Shown here in pieces: positions 58,880-64,000 of a DNA stretch of 64,000 bases. Source of the stretch: Candidatus Rifleibacteriota bacterium (GTDB lineage: Bacteria; Muiribacteriota; Ozemobacteria; Ozemobacterales; Ozemobacteraceae); assembly GCA_012520995.1 (NCBI GenBank), contig JAAYNI010000010.1, positions 7,671 to 71,670 on the forward strand. The letters are read 5' to 3'. The position numbers and the translations under genes were made by a program. The notes beneath the pieces are model-generated. The model made no database searches. It saw nothing but the letters and a program-made list of their open reading frames with translations, and was not told where the DNA came from. Every line of letters begins with the position of its first letter. The first letter of the stretch is position 1.

Positions 58880-59656
58880 TTACACCGCCAAATAAAAACC
58901 GTATTCCGGTATTTTTACAGCATTTTTATCTATCATTTCGGGTACACAATCTATTAGATCTGGCTTCAGCAAAAAGTCTATATCGCTTTCCAGACCTATT
59001 TCCACAAGACTCTTGCCGGCTCCCGACATAAGAAAAAGCTTTTTTGCGTCTTTATAATAACCGTAAATTCCAAGAGCCGCTTGAGCTCCGTCGCTCAAAA
59101 CAAATTTTTTATCGAAAGGAATTAGAGAAACTATCTTTTGCACCAAATAACCGGCACAATAAGCATCATCAATCGCGAATTTTTCTTCTCTTCCCGCACA
59201 TACAAGCAATATATCGCATTTTTTTTCTAAAGCTGTCTCATAGGCTTTCTTGCAAACAGCAGAAGCATTCAAAAAACAGCCTAAATAAACCTTCGGAGAG
59301 AGAACGGTATCAGCTATTGCTCTTGTTCCATTACTGGAAGTAAAAACTATTTCTTTGTCCTTAAGATTAGCGCTGTGATACTCAAGAGGACTATTGCCAT
59401 AATCAAAGCCGTCTGGAGGCAGTCCTCTTCTTTCTCCGCAAAGCAAAGGATTTGTGCGGGATTTTTCCGCCATCATCATAGCTTTTTGAACTGTTGTCGT
59501 CAAAGTAAGCTTTTTAGGTTTTTGTGAAGCTATTACAGTCAAAGAGGACGTCGCTCTCATGACATCGACAACCACACATATTTTATTGTCTAATGCCTGT
59601 ACTTCAGAAGGCGTAAAGGCGACATCTATATCAATCATTTGTTTTCCAGCTCCCAT
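58880..59656 (-). CDS. comB: 2-phosphosulfolactate phosphatase family protein (ComB-like)
   Basis: ICVVVDVMRATSSL motif (D-x-D-V-L-R-A-T-S-T type). Confidence 0.5.
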   Translation of the reverse strand: MGAGKQMIDIDVAFTPSEVQALDNKICVVVDVMRATSSLTVIASQKPKKLTLTTTVQKAMMMAEKSRTNPLLCGERRGLPPDGFDYGNSPLEYHSANLKDKEIVFTSSNGTRAIADTVLSPKVYLGCFLNASAVCKKAYETALEKKCDILLVCAGREEKFAIDDAYCAGYLVQKIVSLIPFDKKFVLSDGAQAALGIYGYYKDAKKLFLMSGAGKSLVEIGLESDIDFLLKPDLIDCVPEMIDKNAVKIPEYGFYLAV

Positions 59657-60158
59657 AATGCTTTTTTAACAACAAATCGCAAAGTTTGACCGCTTCGCCA
59701 GCTTCAAAACGGCTTCTTTGCAGTTGAACAAGCAAATCGGAATGTTCCCTTCTGTCTCGCTTGTTTAAAACTTCCACAAGCAGCTCATCTCTTCGTTTCG
59801 CGTTAGAGCACAACTCCGTCATTTTCTCCAAAAGAAGAGCCATCATTTGCTTTAGCTCGTTTTGGGAATCATAGGCAGAAGTTTTCTGTGAATCCGTGAC
59901 GCTTTCTTCAAGATCACCGCTAACCTCTAACCTTATTTTATCATAAGCTTCTTTTATGCTCAAATGTTCCTCTTTGAGCATTCGTTTTATCTTCGAAAAA
60001 GCATCTATATGGCTTTTGCGATAAACTCTATGTCCGCCTCTGGTTCTTTCAACCGACAAGAAAGGAGAGAACTCCTTTTCGTAGTAACGAAGAGTATGGG
60101 AAGGCAATCCGGTCAGTCTGCTGACTTCTGATACAGAAAATTTGTCACTCATCTGCAA
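59631..60158 (-). CDS. MerR-family transcriptional regulator
   Basis: N-terminal HTH (FSVSEVSRLTGLPSHTLRYYEKE). It overlaps the comB-like start by 26 nt. Confidence 0.75.
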   Translation of the reverse strand: MQMSDKFSVSEVSRLTGLPSHTLRYYEKEFSPFLSVERTRGGHRVYRKSHIDAFSKIKRMLKEEHLSIKEAYDKIRLEVSGDLEESVTDSQKTSAYDSQNELKQMMALLLEKMTELCSNAKRRDELLVEVLNKRDRREHSDLLVQLQRSRFEAGEAVKLCDLLLKKHYGSWKTND

Positions 60159-60438
60159 ATCTGTATTCGTTTAAAAAGTTGCCAAGTTTCGCAACCAAGT
60201 CCGCCGGCTCCAGAAGAAGGCTCAAAAGATAGCATAGCAAGAGAATTGTGAGAACAGCTATTAGCATAGTAAACCTCCCTAGATATTGAGTGTTACCGGA
60301 TAACATCGGTTTTTTTTCTGTTTTTCTTAACCCTTAAAAATTTAAAAGAAATTTCACTTTTACAAGAAAAAACTCTTGACACTTTGTGTTTTTTTCTCAT
60401 TTTTTTATCAATACGAAACTTCATGGAGGAAAAAAAGT

Positions 60439-61278
60439 ATGCGCCTGAAAGAAAAATATAGATTCACTATATGTCTCCTTCTTATTGCATCCTGCGCTGT
60501 CATCCTCGGCACTCCTAAAGCCAAAGCTGAGCTGAAGGGTTCAACCAGGGAAGTGTTAGAGAAAGTTAACTTCTCTAACAAAAGTATAGATACATTAATG
60601 AAGGCAAGAAGTCACAAAAACTACTTCAACCCCTTGGTCGGTGAATATGTAAACGGTGTCAACTCTGGAAATCAGCCTGTAGTTTATGAGCCGGATGCTT
60701 ATAAATGGAATATGAAAACAAGAGCTCACGAATACGACCTTAGAATGCAAGTTCCTGAACTCCCCCCAGGATACGTATATCCGACTATAATGACACCGCC
60801 TATAATGTTGCCAGACAACCCTTGGCCTGTAGCAGCTATGCCTGCAGCTTATCACACTGTCTACGACACATTTGAAACCTATCCTGGCACCAATATCAGC
60901 AAGCTTCTTGATAAATCAGCTCGTAAAGGATATTACAGACAGGAAGATCTCAGATCCTATGAATGTAGGAATAACATTCTTTACAGCAATATGATACCGC
61001 CCAAGAGCGACAGAAGAGCCAACCATATTTATCATCCAACTTTGGCAGTAGTTCCTTCAACTGTCTACTGTCCCTCACCGATAGTTCAGCCTTGTCCTAG
61101 CCCCTCATATCCTTGCCCTCTGCCAGTTCAAGGCTATCCTGCTCCTCCTGCATACGGCAGATATCCTGGCACTCCTGTTTACGGCTATAGACCTATTCAC
61201 AGAGTTTCCGCCGTTTATCCTGGATATTATGCTGTTCCTGCTAACAAAAAGGCTTCAAGGAGACCCAACTCCTTCTAA
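60439..61278 (+). CDS. secreted Pro/Tyr-rich hypothetical protein
   Basis: The ATG at 60439 has the RBS GGAGGA, with signal peptide LLLIASCAVILGTPKAKA. The C-terminus is Pro/Tyr-rich. The track start at 60376 is less likely. Confidence 0.5.
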   Translation: MRLKEKYRFTICLLLIASCAVILGTPKAKAELKGSTREVLEKVNFSNKSIDTLMKARSHKNYFNPLVGEYVNGVNSGNQPVVYEPDAYKWNMKTRAHEYDLRMQVPELPPGYVYPTIMTPPIMLPDNPWPVAAMPAAYHTVYDTFETYPGTNISKLLDKSARKGYYRQEDLRSYECRNNILYSNMIPPKSDRRANHIYHPTLAVVPSTVYCPSPIVQPCPSPSYPCPLPVQGYPAPPAYGRYPGTPVYGYRPIHRVSAVYPGYYAVPANKKASRRPNSF

Positions 61279-61426
61279 TAGCATCTCTCTTCTTTATAAT
61301 TCACAACTTATTTTCTCTATTTTCTTCTTTATTAACGCTCCTTCTTCTAGGAGCGTTTTTTCTTTCATTATTTTTATCACTCTATCTGCCGATACATCCA
61401 AAGCTACTAATATGAAATACACTAGT

Positions 61427-61775
61427 GCTTTGTTCCAGATAAAACTTTCTTTTGAAAGACATCTTGCTCAACAATAAATCATAGTTGGCAGCTGCTAAGA
61501 TCGCACTGTGGCGAGTGGCTAATGCTGAGTGGCGGGTTGAATTGATTAGCTCCCCTCTTGCATCGCTCATCACTATCTGTCCTTAAATCAGAGGCAAGGA
61601 CAAAAATTGTGATTATGCTGTAGCAGAATGCAATTTTTGACCATTTTTGCCCTCATTTGTGTGAATCTGTGTCCATCTATGGATAATAAATTCTTCATTC
61701 TAAAAGAAACTTTTAAGCGCAACAGTCTACTAGTGCGAGTTTTAATAATGTAAAAATGTAAAGTGTAAAAGTGCA
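61427..61775. mobile_element. MITE-like family copy D (composite or degenerate) upstream of the lptD-like gene
   Basis: The left end is TA-gtgctttgttccagataaaacttt. Internal taagatcgcactgtggcgagtgg...gagtggcgggttg and terminal agtgcgagttttaataatgtaaaaatgtaaagtgtaaaagtg match segments of copies A and B. It includes atctatggataat, a variant of the DnaA-box-like motif. Confidence 0.4.
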
Positions 61776-63808
61776 TGAAAAGGCTAATTAATCCTAGAAT
61801 TCTATTAAATATTCTTGCGGTATTTTTGCTATTTTTTGCGAGTGCCGTAACTTCTTATGCCTTTACTTCTATTTCTATGGATACACAAAAATTTCCTGTC
61901 GAAGTTCAATGCGACTATTTGGAATACAAAATAGACACACAGCAGGTCATAGCCAAAGGCAATGCCTTTGTTACCTATCAGGATATGCAAATAAAAGCTG
62001 ACACTGTTCAGGCTGATGTCAAAGAAGAGCAGATATTTGCTGAAGGCGATGTAGATTTCTGGAAAGGCTATGATCGGATAAAAGGCTCAGTAGTTTCTTA
62101 CAACATGAAAACTGGCAAAGGGCATATAAAAGAAGCCAAGATCATCAAAAACATGGAAGTAATAGAAGCCGATGAAATCTATTTGAGTCCTGAAAGATCG
62201 GAAGCTTTAAACATTTCACATACCACCTGCGATCGGGAGCCTGAACCACATTATCAGCTCAGAGCTGACAAAATTGAAATACGTGCGGGCGACAGCATGC
62301 TGATTGAAAACATGAAAGCAAAATGGCACGGCAAAACTCTTTTATCTTTAAGCGAATACACTAGCAGCTTGAAAGAAAAAAAGAAAAAGTTCTTCAGCGC
62401 CAAAGTCGGGACATCTAATATAGACGGGATCTACTTAAAATTTTCTTCAGATCTTGAGGTTAACAATTATGTCAGCGGCGTCTTGCTTGCAGACTTTTTC
62501 CAAAAACGAGGAGAAGGCGTAGGATTCAGAGGCAACTACTCAACGCCTGGCAACAAAATCACCGGCAATATTTACGTTTACACTCTCAACGAAAGAAACA
62601 GAGACCGTATAAGCACTTCTGGTTCTATCTCTTTCAGCACAGCTGGCAGCCTAAGCGGAAATATTCAATATAATGCGGAAAAGCTGCCAGGCTACAGCGA
62701 AAATCAAGACTTGACACTCTCTCTTAATTATCGGCCTAAATTCAACCTTCTGCCAAATATGCAGATAAACGCCACTAAGTTTTTTGACTTGGACGGCGGC
62801 AAGTATACATTAGACAATAACTATCAGATTTTAAACAAGATGCCCGAAGTCAGCTTCTCACTGCCGACACTAAAGCATAAAGCGCTCCCTCTCAGTTTCA
62901 ATATCTCAGGAATGTATGGCAGATATGAGGAAGGCCCTTTAAGCGCTCTTGAAACCACTCAAAAAATAAGCGGCAATCTCAGAGCCACCACTCCTCCTGT
63001 AAAAATAGACCAAAGCTTCGTTCTCACCCCTTCTTACAGTTATGACGCAAGCTCATACTCCAACGGTGAGAGTCGGCAAAACTCCAATACAATGCTGAGA
63101 GCCAACTGGAATCTTTCCAAAGAGGGCACCTTGGATATGAGTTACAATCTTTCAAAAAGCTACGGAAAGTCGCCTTTCAGATTTGACTCATCCACTAGTA
63201 CCGACAGCATCTCAGGAAGCTTGAGATTCAACAAAAACAACTGGACATTCAACCCGCTCAACATAACTTACAACAGGTTAAGAGGCAGACTGGAACAAAT
63301 ATATTGGGACTATTCCAGACGCTCTCCGAAAGATGCCTACAGAAGCTGGGAGTTCTTTATCAGAAGAGACTATGATGCCGGCAACATCAGATTCTCAAAT
63401 CTCACTCTTTCCGACATAAAACCTACTAACCTCAACATGAGATACCGAATGGCTGGGGAACTTTGGTCATTCGACACATCTGTAACAGTTCCCCATGCTC
63501 TTGGCCGAATTTCCAATACTTCCTTGAACTACAAAACCGTTATAAGACCTCTATGGGAAATAAGTCTCACAACCAATTACAACAATATTTCAAAGAAATT
63601 CAGTCCCCTCAGAGTCGGTCTAATCAGAGATTTGCACTGCTGGGAAGCCAAAGCCGAGTATAATCATGAACGCCAAGAGTTTTGGATGGAATTCTATCTC
63701 AAAGCTTCCCCTGAAGATTCAGGCAGATTCAGCTACGGAATAGATGACAACAGACTGAGAATGAAAATAGCTTCCTATGACCAGCTTTTGGACAGATACG
63801 ATCTGTAA
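61775..63808 (+). CDS. lptD: LPS-assembly protein LptD-like (OstA N-terminal domain + C-terminal beta-barrel)
   Basis: Signal peptide and an OstA-like N-terminal domain (AKGNAFVTYQDMQIKADTVQADVKEEQIFAEGDVDF). The C-terminal 450 aa are beta-rich. Confidence 0.55.
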   Translation: MKRLINPRILLNILAVFLLFFASAVTSYAFTSISMDTQKFPVEVQCDYLEYKIDTQQVIAKGNAFVTYQDMQIKADTVQADVKEEQIFAEGDVDFWKGYDRIKGSVVSYNMKTGKGHIKEAKIIKNMEVIEADEIYLSPERSEALNISHTTCDREPEPHYQLRADKIEIRAGDSMLIENMKAKWHGKTLLSLSEYTSSLKEKKKKFFSAKVGTSNIDGIYLKFSSDLEVNNYVSGVLLADFFQKRGEGVGFRGNYSTPGNKITGNIYVYTLNERNRDRISTSGSISFSTAGSLSGNIQYNAEKLPGYSENQDLTLSLNYRPKFNLLPNMQINATKFFDLDGGKYTLDNNYQILNKMPEVSFSLPTLKHKALPLSFNISGMYGRYEEGPLSALETTQKISGNLRATTPPVKIDQSFVLTPSYSYDASSYSNGESRQNSNTMLRANWNLSKEGTLDMSYNLSKSYGKSPFRFDSSTSTDSISGSLRFNKNNWTFNPLNITYNRLRGRLEQIYWDYSRRSPKDAYRSWEFFIRRDYDAGNIRFSNLTLSDIKPTNLNMRYRMAGELWSFDTSVTVPHALGRISNTSLNYKTVIRPLWEISLTTNYNNISKKFSPLRVGLIRDLHCWEAKAEYNHERQEFWMEFYLKASPEDSGRFSYGIDDNRLRMKIASYDQLLDRYDL

Positions 63809-63875
63809 AAAACAGTGGTCAGTGGAATTGTTTAGAACTCAATTAGTAAAACTGATAACTGCTTTGAGATATTAA
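63809..63875. repeat. post-stop-codon intergenic repeat related to 16664-16765 and to 56130-56160
   Basis: aaaaacagtggtcagtgg...ttgtttagaac...actgctttgagat. The last motif is also found at 56141-56153. Confidence 0.3.
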
Positions 63876-64000
63876 TAAATAACCCTTATTTATCTTTCTG
63901 CGGTTTCGTATATTTGTTCCTCTATAATGTTTGGGCGTTTGATTCCTTCTCCTTCTCAGATCTTCTTGCATTTTGGATTTTTAGATTTAAGGCAAAAAGT

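Noticed and set aside
61229-61477. 82-aa ORF after the secreted Pro/Tyr-rich gene
   Set aside because: It overlaps the left end of the MITE-like repeat copy D and has no RBS. It is likely non-coding.

Overview
This is a dense chromosomal window from a moderately AT-rich bacterium, with about 60 genes. I cannot assign the organism. It encodes outer-membrane functions (an MlaEFD lipid-transport operon, an LptD-like protein, a candidate outer-membrane beta-barrel protein), yet much of the gene order looks Firmicutes-like (cysS-mrnC, flgK-flgL-fliW-csrA, a YitT-family protein, a truncated FloA-like gene, comB). Recognisable housekeeping genes are an RNase II/R-family exoribonuclease, nth, a class II fructose-bisphosphate aldolase, a UvrD/PcrA helicase, cysS, typA/bipA, HU, ansA and one tRNA-Gly(TCC). 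Motility and surface genes include pilT, a pilB/gspE-type ATPase, two prepilin-like genes with Ala instead of Gly at position -1, two large PilX-N-like proteins, and a flagellar late operon behind a sigma-28-like promoter. Signalling genes are a multi-GAF HD-GYP protein, an HDOD protein, a STAS anti-sigma antagonist, a MerR regulator and a P-II/DUF1538 pair.

The main non-genic signal is a family of dispersed intergenic repeats that includes a miniature inverted-repeat element (MITE)-like element. Copy A (38385-38686) has 23-bp terminal inverted repeats flanked by TA and exactly fills the gap between two convergent stop codons. Partial or inverted copies lie at 40856-40925, 57467-57655 and 61427-61775. 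Associated recurring motifs are a G-quadruplex-capable tract (GGGAGTAGGGGTTAGGGCGTAGGGG) and a DnaA-box-like TAATCTGTGGATAGAA.

Other points of interest are an in-frame (NPDP)n hexamer tandem repeat in a secreted protein, an exact 45-bp tandem duplication in the disordered N-terminal extension of PilT, a FloA N-terminal-only gene, and a 1010-aa FlgL with six internal IN-motif repeats. The most promising candidate for an undescribed system is the co-directional cluster 47520-52988: a PilX-like protein, a DUF2233 phosphodiester glycosidase, and a serine peptidase whose catalytic-serine motif sits in an atypical position. It lies directly upstream of the Mla operon. No CRISPR array, rRNA gene or transposase gene was found.
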